Shown here in pieces: positions 9,866 through 20,119 of a DNA stretch of 64,000 nucleotides (its first letter is position 1; each line of letters begins with the position of its first letter). The stretch lies in NCBI GenBank assembly GCA_965206845.1, contig OZ242221.1, forward strand, positions 224,001 to 288,000, read 5' to 3'. Made by a program: the position numbers and the translations under genes. The notes beneath the pieces were generated by a model, which was not told where the DNA came from, did not search any database, and saw only the letters and a list, made by a program, of their open reading frames with translations. Origin of the DNA: Cenarchaeum sp. Lineage in GTDB: Archaea; Thermoproteota; Nitrososphaeria; Nitrososphaerales; Nitrosopumilaceae.

Positions 9866-10108
9866 GGCTCTGGTAAATTCTGATGATCTCTGCCGTTCAC
9901 TGTTCAAAAGTGTGTTCTAGGATCCTCCCTGGATTCGATCCCGCCGCATTTCGTCACGGTGTTCGAAAGTACGGTGCATTCAACAAGGCTGTTCAAAAGT
10001 GAGCTCGCTCACGCTTGCACCTTAGTGGTAGATTTTTGTGATCTCGGTCCATTCTTTTCTTGACCCTGGTAAATATTGGTGATCTGATCACCACAATCGA
10101 CCAGAGCT
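9866..10108. mobile_element. ~240-bp MITE, copy 2
   Basis: GGCTCTGGTAAATTCTGATGATC...GATCACCACAATCGACCAGAGCT; homologous to 2957-3199. Confidence 0.85.
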
Positions 10109-10124
10109 CCACATGACGGGCACG

Positions 10125-10649
10125 CTATTCAGGATCTATAATGACTATTTTGTTAACGTAGTCATCGTCAAGGCAATGCGTGTTTTGTATAGTTTCTACA
10201 ATGAACAGATCGACCGTGTCAGGGAATATGTGTGGAAACTCTACGGAGCCCTTTACGATTATTGACTCTGACGGGATGCATGACAGGGATTCTATTCTGT
10301 TATATTCACCTATCTGTGCGTTGTGATACCTGACATTCAAGGACAGGATGTTTCCGGTGTTTTCGTTGCGTGACTGTATCGTATACGAAACGTCGTGCCT
10401 GTTTTCTATGTATTCCCTGTATTGGGGATACCTTTCCTTGAAGGCCAAGACCGAGTCAAGCTGCGCTATCTCTTCCTCGAGCTGCGCCCGTTCCTGTTCG
10501 TTCACGGGTTCAAGTTGGCCAAAGGGAAATCCAACAAAAGCGGCCAGATAGCCAACAAAAGATGCCACGACCACCACTGCGGCGGTGCACACCACTGCCA
10601 TCGCAAAGATTAACTTGATGTAGTTGATCTCTTGCACAGAGTCCCGCAT
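10125..10649 (-). CDS. Hypothetical membrane-anchored protein
   Basis: N-terminal TM helix; AFKERYPQY motif related to 10768 and 18767. Confidence 0.75.
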   Translation of the reverse strand: MRDSVQEINYIKLIFAMAVVCTAAVVVVASFVGYLAAFVGFPFGQLEPVNEQERAQLEEEIAQLDSVLAFKERYPQYREYIENRHDVSYTIQSRNENTGNILSLNVRYHNAQIGEYNRIESLSCIPSESIIVKGSVEFPHIFPDTVDLFIVETIQNTHCLDDDYVNKIVIIDPE

Positions 10650-10767
10650 GGAAGAAAAGTAATAAACGTACTGTTGGGCGGTCCCGTTACGTTGCCGGCA
10701 GAGTAGTCACTGAGAACTAGCCTCTGCAAACGTTTATGAACTGTCTGCTTGGGAAATATTTCGCAGC

Positions 10768-11250
10768 ATGGAAAGACTTTCAAGATTTGCGATATACCTG
10801 GGAATCGGGATAGGCCTGACTTTCTTCGTGCTGTTCCTGGTCGCGGCGCTGCCGAGCATACTTGACAACTCCATCAGGGAATGGGAGCGACTTGACAAAA
10901 GCGGTACCGGCGAGGAAGAGCTGCGCGTGAAGTTTTCAGAACACCCGGCATACGCGGCAATGTACGAGCGGTATCCGGACGCAAACGAAGAATTTGATTA
11001 TTACGAAAGGGGCGACGGCAGCATGACAGTCGGCGTCATGAACTTTGAGACCGACGCCCAACTGACACTCAGCATGCGTTACGATTCTCACCGTGACAGC
11101 ATCCGCGCAGACGCACGCTGCAGCACGCCGTCAGACCACAGGGACGTAGACGGGCTGTTTGCAGAAGACTTCATACGGGCCACCGACTGTTTGGAACCTG
11201 TAGGCGGGGACGGGACGGTGGCGCAGTCCGAGGAGAAGGCGGTCCCTTAG
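10768..11250 (+). CDS. Hypothetical membrane-anchored protein, paralog of 18767-19288
   Basis: MERLSRFAIYLGIGIG...EWERL...KFSEHPAYAAMYERYP. Confidence 0.85.
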   Translation: MERLSRFAIYLGIGIGLTFFVLFLVAALPSILDNSIREWERLDKSGTGEEELRVKFSEHPAYAAMYERYPDANEEFDYYERGDGSMTVGVMNFETDAQLTLSMRYDSHRDSIRADARCSTPSDHRDVDGLFAEDFIRATDCLEPVGGDGTVAQSEEKAVP

Positions 11251-11503
11251 ATGTGATTCGTAATTAGCACGCAGGCACATTAGAGCACGATCTTTGGCAT
11301 AATCATACGAAAGTTGCATGCTTTGGAGCGCACATCTGTAAGATTATGGGCATCGAAGACCCGATTCTTAATTGCGGATCATGTCTCTTGACGTGTGCGG
11401 AGCTGTAGGAGACACGGCATACAAGTACTGGTCACAGCTGGTAACCAGCACTGCTCCCATGAACCCGCGCGATCAAGGTACGCGGGATTTTAATTTGCCA
11501 AAC

Positions 11504-11700
11504 GACTCTGGTAGATTTTGGTGATCAGGTCACCAATATTGACTCTGGTAAATTTAGGTGATCCCTGCAGGTCGCTGTTCAAGAAGTGAGCTTCAGATCT
11601 TCTCCACGTTTTGTTTCCTGCAATTCATGCCGGCGCCGTCTTGCCGTTCAAAAGTCGTGATCCGTTCAGCCTCGGTGTTCAAAGGCGAGCTGCGGACCCT
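11504..11700. mobile_element. Nested or degenerate MITE ends of the 240-bp family
   Basis: GACTCTGGTAGATTTTGGTGATC immediately followed by GACTCTGGTAAATTTAGGTGATC, plus internal GTTCAA(A)AGT motifs. Confidence 0.65.
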
Positions 11701-11862
11701 GTTATTAAATTCAGGTCGCGTTGGCGACGTTTCCGCCCTTCAATACATGGTACCTGTAAATCTCAAGCCACGTGATCTTTGGGTCGGCATCACTGTAAGC
11801 AAATTCATAGCGGCACCCACGCATGTCCTTGAGAATCACTGAAGCGTCCCTCCAAAACCCTC

Positions 11863-12054
11863 ATGCTTGCACTGCTCTGGACGGCAATCCTGTTCGTCAT
11901 GTTAGCCGTGTTCGTGTACGGGTACCTTACGGGGGCATTTGTGCCTCCCTCCCAAATACCCGATAAAATTCTCGAGTGTTCGTCGTGCGACGGGTGTCAT
12001 CCATGCGTTGAGGATATTTCTAGCAACTCTGCCGAATCCGCAGTAGCACTATAG
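11863..12054 (+). CDS. Small membrane protein with Cys cluster, probably truncated by an IS end
   Basis: TM helix then CSSCDGCHPC; the stop codon lies inside the IS end at 12050. Confidence 0.4.
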   Translation: MLALLWTAILFVMLAVFVYGYLTGAFVPPSQIPDKILECSSCDGCHPCVEDISSNSAESAVAL

Positions 12055-12113
12055 CGCCGATCGAAAGTTCCTGCAGAGTATGTCACTGGTTTCGATCACG
12101 TTTGTCTCAAACA
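12050..12113 (+). mobile_element. Orphan IS630 terminal stub
   Basis: TATAGCGCCGATCGAAAGTTCCTGCAGA, an inverted match to the ends at 13561 and 15859. Confidence 0.7.
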
Positions 12114-13561
12114 TACACCGCCGAGTATAATTTCGTGAACAACTGCCAGATTTGATGCAGGTCCGAAGACAGGATTGTCGAATTTCTTCCAAGCCGCTTG
12201 TTATTTTTGTCCCAAAATACTGGTTCGTTCAGATCCGTGAAGGGTCGTGGGGCGGCCGTTTACCGTTTCCGGATCTGCGTGCGCACGATCCCCTGTGCGC
12301 CTGCAGGCGCCTGCCTATGCTTTTCTGTAGAGGTACCTTTCGATGTCAAGTTTTGGCAGGGACGACCCCAGCCACTTGTCGATGTCGCTGCACATGGAGC
12401 TGAACCGGACGTACGGCACGTCCAGGATCGAGTGTTTCATCTGGCGCCACACCTCCTCGATCGCGTTGAGGTCGGGACAGCCGGGCGGCAGAAACTGCAG
12501 CTCCACGCCGTCCAGGCGCCCGATCTCTTCCCTGACGAATTTCGACCTGTGCTGCGGCGCGCCGTCGGTTATCATCAGGATCTTCCCGAACCTTTCGCAT
12601 GCGGCCTTCAGGAACTCGACAAACTCCTTCCCGGTAAAGGAGTCGTATCTCTGGAAGAACCCCTCCCCGTCCAGCGTGATCAGGCCGAACACGATGGTCT
12701 TGGAGTGCGATCCCGTGTACGTGTAAACGCCGCGGACCCCCTTGGGCGTGTAGACGCCCTTCCTGAGCCGCGCGTCGGCCACGCATATCGCCTCGTCCTG
12801 CACACATGCCGTGTAGCCGGCCCTCACCCTCTCCTCTATCAGCGGCCCCAGCTTCTTGCGGAACCACGCGATCTTCTGCCTGCTTGCTCTCTTCACGTGC
12901 CGTCCCATCGGAACCTTCCTGGTGAATCCCCAGCTGCGCAGCAGGAAGCGCGCGTACGATATCGTATACTCCGTCATGTATTCTATGCCGGAACCGTCGC
13001 GAATGATATCGCGCAGGTCCTCTGCCGTCAGGTACACCGTCTTTTTTACTTTTTTTTAACTGCCTTCAGGGTCTCGCCTGAGATCCTCGGCGGGCGGCCT
13101 GAGCGGGTGCGAGTCTGCAGGCCTGCAGTGCCCTCCTTCAGGTACCGGTTGTGCCACTTGACTCCCCATGACGGGGCCATGCCCAGAAAGCGCGCGGCCC
13201 TGGTCACGCTCATTCCGTCCCTTTTCACCATCACGTTCAGCATTATCCTGTCCCGCACCTGAGGATCCTTCTCAATCTTGCGAATCTTGAGCATCTGCTT
13301 GTATTTCATGGCCTGTCTGGGCTGCTCTGATCAATGAACCTTTCGCTGCAAGACAAGCCTCGTTCAAATCAGATGGCCGATTCCCGGTTTCCCACTGCTG
13401 TGATCTCGCACTTTTATTCGGCGGTATAGACGCCAGCCATTGACAATTGCCGCCTAATCCGTTCCTAATCTTGGCATACATAACGTTCTGGTATGTGGCT
13501 TTGCAGGGAAGCCTGACTGAAATGATTCGTGGATTCTGCAAGAACTTTAGTCGGCGCTATA
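12114..13561 (-). mobile_element. IS630-family element; transposase split into 13046-13309 and 12315-13037 with a -1 slippery site
   Basis: TA-bounded ends TACACCGCCGA / TCGGCGCTATA; HTH ORF then DDE ORF (QDEA, ITDGAPQH, PDLNAIEEVW); GTT-AAA-AAA-AAG-TAA at the junction. Confidence 0.93.
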
Positions 13562-13634
13562 GTTAAATGTGGCAATAAGGCTATAACTGCGATGCATTCT
13601 AATTGGAGCAATAGATCAAGTTGATGATTAGATT

Positions 13635-14606
13635 ATGACAAAGCAATCTAAATCTGATAATCCTAACAGAGGCAAACTTCCCGTGATTGGTGTAGTGATT
13701 GCCATAGTTGTTGCTGTTGTTGTAATAACATTACTGCTATCTGGCTCATCTATGTTTGTAGATCCTACTACAAATGATGATAACGCAAAATCTAAGGATT
13801 CTAAAATAATTGATTGGCGCCATGTTCACGGTTTAGGGTTTGATCCTGATAATCGTTCGATTGTGTATATTGCAACCCATGGTGACTTTTACCAAAGTAT
13901 TGACGGCAAACCGCCAGTAAAAGTAGACAAGATACGTGCTGACTATATGGCATTTAGTGCACCATACGTTTCAGGGACCCCACTGTATGCAAGCGGTCAT
14001 CCAGCAACTGGAGGAAATACTGGATTGATTAAAAGTAATGATGGAGGGATTACGTGGGAGCTTGTGTCAAATGTAATAGAACCTCCAGTGGATTTTCATG
14101 CAATGGCAGTAAGCAAACATAATTCTAAAATTATAATTGGTTTTGATAGTGCAGCAAGAGGCTTATTTAAGACAGTTGATGGAGGAGAGACATGGGAGTC
14201 ATTAGTGTATCCAGAGTATGTTTCCGCACTTGCAATATCTCCTGATGAATCACAGCTAATTTTTGCAGGAACTGGAAAAGGAATATTCAAGTCAGCTGAT
14301 GGAGGAAAGACATGGATGCTTCTTGATGAATATAATGGAATGGGTGTTTTTGCGTTGGCATTTGATGAAGGGGGCACATTGTTTGCATCAGTAGAGACAT
14401 TTGGAATGGTAAAGTCAGATGACTTGGGGGAGTCATGGGAAGACATGCAGGGAATTGATCTGACTGTTTTAAGTATTGCAGCAGATTCTGAGAATAGCTA
14501 CTTGTATGTTGGAGGTTATTCTTCTGAAGGATTCCAGCAGGTCTACAAAATTGCGTATGATTTTTCCAGCTATGAAGTGATTGGAACTAACAAAGGATTA
14601 GAGTAA
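13635..14606 (+). CDS. Membrane-anchored BNR/Asp-box beta-propeller protein
   Basis: N-terminal TM; HVHGL..D, IATHG, SGHP; repeated KSxDGGxTW Asp-boxes; AT-rich. Confidence 0.88.
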   Translation: MTKQSKSDNPNRGKLPVIGVVIAIVVAVVVITLLLSGSSMFVDPTTNDDNAKSKDSKIIDWRHVHGLGFDPDNRSIVYIATHGDFYQSIDGKPPVKVDKIRADYMAFSAPYVSGTPLYASGHPATGGNTGLIKSNDGGITWELVSNVIEPPVDFHAMAVSKHNSKIIIGFDSAARGLFKTVDGGETWESLVYPEYVSALAISPDESQLIFAGTGKGIFKSADGGKTWMLLDEYNGMGVFALAFDEGGTLFASVETFGMVKSDDLGESWEDMQGIDLTVLSIAADSENSYLYVGGYSSEGFQQVYKIAYDFSSYEVIGTNKGLE

Positions 14607-14754
14607 TAGAATCAATGTAAAACAGTCATCATCATGTAACTTATCCTAAAGAAGGGCTGTTGTTATAGATGCATATCATAATAACTGAATCTATAAAAAA
14701 TAATGCCAGACATATGTATCAATTAAGAGCATGACGTTTACTACAAATTGCCAC

Positions 14755-15859
14755 TATAGCGCCGATCATAAATTCGTGCAGAGTGGCGCTGCCTTTCTGT
14801 GGGCAAATTTGAGTATGTCCAGCTTGAATCTCACGGTCCGATAATACGTGATGACAGCATTGCACATGTCAGCAAACGTCCGATAGTATTCTAAAACGAG
14901 TAGGACCTGTTTTCCTTGGCGCCAGCATTCCTCTACCGCGTTGAGGTACGGGGATCCCTTCGGAAGGTAAATGATCCTGACGTTTTTGTTCTCCCGTAGC
15001 AGCTTCTTGACGAGTTTTGCGCGGTGCGGGGAGGCTCTGTCCGTCACCACCGCCACCTTCCCGAAGTGCCTCTGCATCTCCTTGAGGTATCCGACGAAGG
15101 TGGGCGCGTCAAAGCTCTCGTGTGTCCTGAAGAACTGCCTGCCGTCCTTGGCGATGGCCCCGTAGACCACGATCCTCCTATGGCTTCCTGTGTACGGCAC
15201 GACTATCCTCTCTCCGCGCGGAGACCAATATTTGCGCCCGGATATCACATCGTGGATAAAGAAGGCTTCGTCCTCGTCCACTATGGTAAATCCGTCTCCC
15301 TCTAGGCGTGAAACACGCTTGTCGAAGCGATACTGCCAGCCCCGGACGGCCTCCTTGCCGGCCCTGTTGATGTGGACCTTCTGCGGGATCTTAGGGGTCA
15401 GGCCGTGCCGGCGCATGGCCTTCCTGACGTTTGTTATGTACAGCCGGGTGCCGGTATCCTCGCGTATGATCTTTTGCAGCTCCCTGGGGGTGCACTGGGG
15501 TTGGACGGCCTATTCGATTATCCGCGCCATGATCTCGCGCGGAATCTTTGGCGGCCTACCGCTTCTGGGAAGATCCCGGAGGCCGTCAAGGCCTCCGGCA
15601 TCGAAACGTTCCAGCCAGGTATGCACCCACCTGTCGGACCGCATGAGGTTGGCTGCAGTCTCGCTTACGTTCATTTTGCGCACGCGGACCATGTGTACGG
15701 CAAGCATCCTGAGGATCACTCTGGAATCCTTTTCTTTTCTGTACGCTTTTTCCAACTCTTCCCGCTTTGTAACGTCCATGACGTGGCTGTACGGGAAGGG
15801 ATCATTATTGCTTTCGATTTGGCAGATTTACCCTGAACGAACTTTCAGTCGGCGCTATA
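14755..15859 (-). mobile_element. IS630-family element; transposase 14766-15779 with one in-frame TAG at 15510-15512
   Basis: TIRs TATAGCGCCGA / TCGGCGCTATA; HTH and DDE ORFs (DEDEA, TDRASPH, PYLNAVEECW) share a frame. Confidence 0.93.
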
Positions 15860-15942
15860 GAATGGCGCGTGACCCTCCCCAGGGAATGAGTGCAACCAAG
15901 ACTGCAAATAGAACACGTGCGTAGAAAAAGAGAGAGATTGGG

Positions 15943-16794
15943 TCAACCCTCGTTCCGTGCTATTTCTTTGGCTTCAGACAGGTCAAGCGGCTCTTTTCCA
16001 CCAAACTTGTCCAACTCCGAGGTTATGGTCTCCTCTCCCTCATAGATTGGATAGAACGAGGCGTAGCCGAGCATGTTTAGTCCCATGTCATCGTTTATCA
16101 GGAAGAGCCCCTTGTCGCCTTTTTGATAATCTGTGGTGTACTGTGAAACCAATCGGGTTACTTGGAGGTCGGTTCTGTCTATTGGGACGTTCACGTAGTC
16201 GTAAAATGTCACTTCATCAGAGCTCCAGTCGAGATCGTCTTTCAGCACCTCCAGAATCTGGAGAGTTACCTCCGCCTTTGGAATCTCATTGTGCTCAAAG
16301 ACGTACTCGTTGCCGTGCTCGTCCACGTCCATAATGTCCTCGGGGAATACCTTGATGCCCACGTCAGTCACGACGCCGATCACCACCAGGTGTGATTTTT
16401 CTACCTTTTCTGCAAATGTACGGTCCACAAACTGCGGTGCACCCCCATCTGGTCCGTAGGTGCCAAGGGGTGCGATTAGGAGCATCTCTGCTGCGTACGC
16501 TATAGAAAAGGCGGCTATCACGGCCAGTATCACCCTGATGCCGATCCTCCTGTCAATGGTTTCCACCCGCTTCAGCACGAATACGCCTGCCCCCAGCAAC
16601 AGCCCGCCGGGAATCGTCCCTGTCCCCAAAAGATTAAACGCGGACCACGCATCGAAACCCTCTAAACCCCAACCGGTGCCCAATATACGGCTGTGCAACA
16701 CGACTCCGGCTATCGGGAAAAATATCCAGAGGTAATGTGCCGCCACCGCGATCAGCGCCCAGCCTACCAGCCTCGGGGATTTGAGGTTAACCAT
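15943..16794 (-). CDS. Hypothetical membrane protein (3 TM plus extracellular domain); start uncertain
   Basis: Long ORF; likely start MVNLKSPRL; SHLVVIGVVTDV motif. Confidence 0.7.
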   Translation of the reverse strand: MVNLKSPRLVGWALIAVAAHYLWIFFPIAGVVLHSRILGTGWGLEGFDAWSAFNLLGTGTIPGGLLLGAGVFVLKRVETIDRRIGIRVILAVIAAFSIAYAAEMLLIAPLGTYGPDGGAPQFVDRTFAEKVEKSHLVVIGVVTDVGIKVFPEDIMDVDEHGNEYVFEHNEIPKAEVTLQILEVLKDDLDWSSDEVTFYDYVNVPIDRTDLQVTRLVSQYTTDYQKGDKGLFLINDDMGLNMLGYASFYPIYEGEETITSELDKFGGKEPLDLSEAKEIARNEG

Positions 16795-16859
16795 TGCCAC
16801 ACCTTGGATATGACCTACCCTCATAGGCGTTGTTGCATACAGGGCACCGTGTCGTGGGT

Positions 16860-17100
16860 ACGTCAATATACCGCTTCTTGATGTATGGAATCAGCAGGTG
16901 GGTCGGCAGGTGGAAGCAAAACGGCTGGCTCACCAAAACCAGGCAGCCAGTAAAGAATGCTGATCTGTGGAAAGACATGCTTGATGCCACCGACGGAAAG
17001 AGAGTATTTTTCCGGTGGATCAAGGGCCACAACAACCACACCATGAACGAACTCTGCGACCGCATGGCCAAAGAGCAGGCGGAAAAGGCCGCATGTAGAA
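16860..17100 (+). pseudogene. rnhA: Bacterial-type RNase HI C-terminal fragment
   Basis: GISRWVGRWKQNGWLTKTRQPVKNADLW...WIKGH....NELCDRMA; N-terminal DG and NNRMEL motifs missing. Confidence 0.85.
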
Positions 17101-17119
17101 CGAAACCATTCATTAGATT

Positions 17120-17632
17120 TTATTTCAAAACTTTGTAATGTAATTCAACTAGTTTATCGTATGGCGTGGTTTTTATTAATTCAAGGTTTATTTCTTTTTG
17201 TATATTATGAAACAGAGAAATTCCATTCCCCAGAACTTTAGGGATAATTGATAATATTATTTCATCTATGATTCCATGATTAACAAAGGATGAGATGATT
17301 TGTCCTCCTCCAACCAACCAAATGTCTTCTCTCAAATTAGGAAAGACGTCTTTGACAAATTTATCAACAGAAGATACAAACTCTACGTTTCCATATTTTG
17401 CGCCATTATTATTTCTGCTAGTAAATACGTAAGATTTTTTGTCTTTGTAAGGATATTCTCCAAACGTTAACACCTGGTTGTAGGTTGTTTTACCCATGAC
17501 TATCGTGTCTACGGTTTCATAAAATTTATCGTATCCTGATGTGCCACTTTCCGAGAGCCAATCTATATCTCCATTATTTCTCGCGATATATCCGTCCAGA
17601 CTTGAAGCGATGTAGAGTATGATTTTTCCCAT
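17120..17632 (-). CDS. Dihydrofolate reductase / RibD C-terminal family protein
   Basis: YIASSLDGYIA, IVMGKTTY, IWLVGGG, IDEIILSIIPKVLGNGISLF; AT-rich. Confidence 0.92.
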   Translation of the reverse strand: MGKIILYIASSLDGYIARNNGDIDWLSESGTSGYDKFYETVDTIVMGKTTYNQVLTFGEYPYKDKKSYVFTSRNNNGAKYGNVEFVSSVDKFVKDVFPNLREDIWLVGGGQIISSFVNHGIIDEIILSIIPKVLGNGISLFHNIQKEINLELIKTTPYDKLVELHYKVLK

Positions 17633-17784
17633 GATGTTTGATTATCGTGAATATTGTAATAAAAGGTATTTGTTTTGTAACCCTGCCCAAACAGCGTCAA
17701 AAACATTCAAATCGCAATTTAAATATGGCCAACTTCTTCATTCAAACATATCATTTTTCATTAAATACGTTTGCCTAGAATGAT

Positions 17785-18003
17785 ATGTTATTTCCCGCTA
17801 ATCATGCCGACTTTTATGCATATTGTGCTGATGAATGTGTGGAGATAGAGACAGTCAGGGCCGTAAAGGCCGATGCCATGGAGTTCTACAAGCTTGAGGC
17901 AAGGTGCTTTGAGATGGACGGGAACGATGCCGACACGCTGTACTACTGGGTGCCGATCCTTTCGTACCAGTGCTTGAAAACTATGAAAACCCACGAAGAT
18001 TGA
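17785..18003 (+). CDS. Hypothetical protein fragment; its 3' end derives from the mini-MITE half
   Basis: Short ORF after a TATA-like TTAAATA; crosses the junction at 17975. Confidence 0.35.
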   Translation: MLFPANHADFYAYCADECVEIETVRAVKADAMEFYKLEARCFEMDGNDADTLYYWVPILSYQCLKTMKTHED

Positions 18004-18011
18004 ACAGTGTA
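17975..18011. repeat. Right half of the 78-bp mini-MITE
   Basis: TGAAAACTATGAAAACCCACGAAGATTGAACAGTGTA; one mismatch to 5926-5962. Confidence 0.85.
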
Positions 18012-18766
18012 CAAGTAGCAGCGCCGTCTAGTCCGGCGGCGCCCATGCCCTGGTGGCGCTCCCTGTTGTTGCAAAAATGTGCAAAGCCCACAGATCACGC
18101 CAAGTCTGCCATTGGGACAGGCTCCCCATGCGGTCCGGCGGCCACCATGCCGAGCCGCCGCCTCCCGCTTCCATATTCCGGTTTTTCATGCGACTTTCGT
18201 TCCCCATGCGATTCCGCGGCCTCCCCACACATGGACCGCCTCCCCATACGGTATCGCGGTTTCCCCATACAACCACACGCCTGACGCATTTCCCCATACG
18301 TTTTCCGCGGATCCACCATACAATCCGCAAGCTCCAAAGAATCCGACCCCAAATCCAGCGAGACCAGCGTTTTCGGCCCCGCAAATGTCCGCGCCAAGAC
18401 ACCCCAGCCGATTCCCTGAACCTGCGAGTGGGGTGGCGCCGGCACCTCCTGCATAGCCACGGCCATGCTTGCGTTGGTACGGGCGCGCATGCGCCGTGTC
18501 TGCCACAGCCGTATCCGGTTCGGTTCACGTCCATGGTGCGGCTGCCACTGTACGGCCATATCTCCATGGCACGGTTGTTCCTGTACGGCCATGGTCATAT
18601 ACCAATGGCACGGTTCCATGGTCATACGTCAATGGCATGTCTTCACGTAGATCATCACGCTCCCGGTCACCAACCCGCCGAGACCAGCGACCGGTCCACT
18701 CAAATACGCATCCAACCGGTTCACTCAGATTCCCCGCGACCGGGGGGCCTTGCGTCGGCATCGACG

Positions 18767-19288
18767 TCATGGAGGGGCGCTGCATGTTATGGTCGGGCCT
18801 GAAGCCCGACAGGCAGTCGGGCCTGGGGGCTCGACAGAAGTCTTGCCTGAAGGTACCGTATCCAGGCAATCCGTATTTCTGATAAAGCTCTCCGCGAACA
18901 GGTCGTTTATGTGCGTCTGTCCGTCCTTGGCATCGCTCATGCAGGTCACGTCGGCGTGCACATCGTTGCTGAAGATATACATGTGTAGCACCAGCTGACT
19001 GTTGTTCTCAAAATTCATTGCCCCCACCTCCATGGAGCCGCCGCCATCTTCATGGTACGCGACCTTCTCCACGGCTCCGGGGAACCGCTCGTACATCGTC
19101 GCGTACGCCGGATGCTCCTGGAACTTTGCCAGAATCTCCCCATCCGATCTGCCTGCGTCGCCCAGTCTCTCCCACTCGTTGCCAGCGTTCCCTATTACGA
19201 ATGGAAGAAACGAGATCAGAAACAGGGCGAACACTGAAACGGCTATCCCGATCCCGACGTAGAATGCAATCTTTGTCAGCCTCTCCAT
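18767..19288 (-). CDS. Hypothetical membrane-anchored protein, paralog of 10768-11250
   Basis: MERLTKIAFYVGIGIA...EWERL...KFQEHPAYATMYERFP...LFAESFIRNTDCL. Confidence 0.85.
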   Translation of the reverse strand: MERLTKIAFYVGIGIAVSVFALFLISFLPFVIGNAGNEWERLGDAGRSDGEILAKFQEHPAYATMYERFPGAVEKVAYHEDGGGSMEVGAMNFENNSQLVLHMYIFSNDVHADVTCMSDAKDGQTHINDLFAESFIRNTDCLDTVPSGKTSVEPPGPTACRASGPTITCSAPP

Positions 19289-19525
19289 GGGTAATCAAGC
19301 CGGATGGAACGGCGCTTGTAAACCTTCATGTCCCCGTGGCGCCCGCATTTTTTGCCAAACAAACGCAAAGTCCGCAGGCCATATCTGGACAGCCACATTT
19401 TCCATATCCACATGCAACCGGACGACCCCCCATACGCATGGCGGCGGCCACAGTGACCCGTCATTTCTGCGTCTGATTTGAGCCGCGTTTCGCTTGAAAG
19501 ACGACGGATCTTTATGGCCCCCGAT

Positions 19526-19598
19526 GCGCAAATGGCTACACCGGTATGACGAAGGAGGCCTAGTCGGCTTCCGGGATCTTCCCCGAAGCAGCAGGCCC
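19526..19598 (+). pseudogene. IS630 transposase scar
   Basis: Reads RKWLHRYDEGGLVGFRDLPRSSRP. Confidence 0.7.
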
Positions 19599-19889
19599 AT
19601 GCAGACCCGCCGCTGAGAGATATCGTTAGACTACACACAGGTGTTCCACTAGGCGGCAAAGTCGCCAACTATGGCAGCTTGGAATGCAGAACCATGCCTA
19701 ACTGAAGCAGTTTGAGCATGGCACCTGTTCCAATTTACTGTACAATTATACGGTAATGAGAACTCCTGCCGGCATTGACGCTGGGTTTTTCAACCGCGTG
19801 CCGGATCCAAGACACCAAATGACCGGTTCCAGATGCGATCGCTGCCCCGCTCAGGAGACGGCCGCACAAAACCGTGCCGGGACAAGTTA

Positions 19890-20030
19890 TAGCTGCTGTT
19901 TGCGCTAGTGAAATATAGAAAGGCGGTAGAGTGCTTCGACAAGGCGGCGAGGCTGGATTCGGGCTGCACCACAGCGCATGCGGGCATGGTGAGATCGCAG
20001 AAAAGGCTCAAGAAACGCCTGAAACGCGGC
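19890..20030 (+). pseudogene. TPR-repeat remnant
   Basis: LLFALVKYRKAVECFDKAARLD matches the TPR helix-B pattern. Confidence 0.45.
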
Positions 20031-20119
20031 AGATGCTTTAACGGGACGGCAGGGCCGGAGCCGGACTGCGCCACTGCGCAGCCATGCGGTAGATGCTGTG
20101 CGCAATCGACTCCCGAGGC

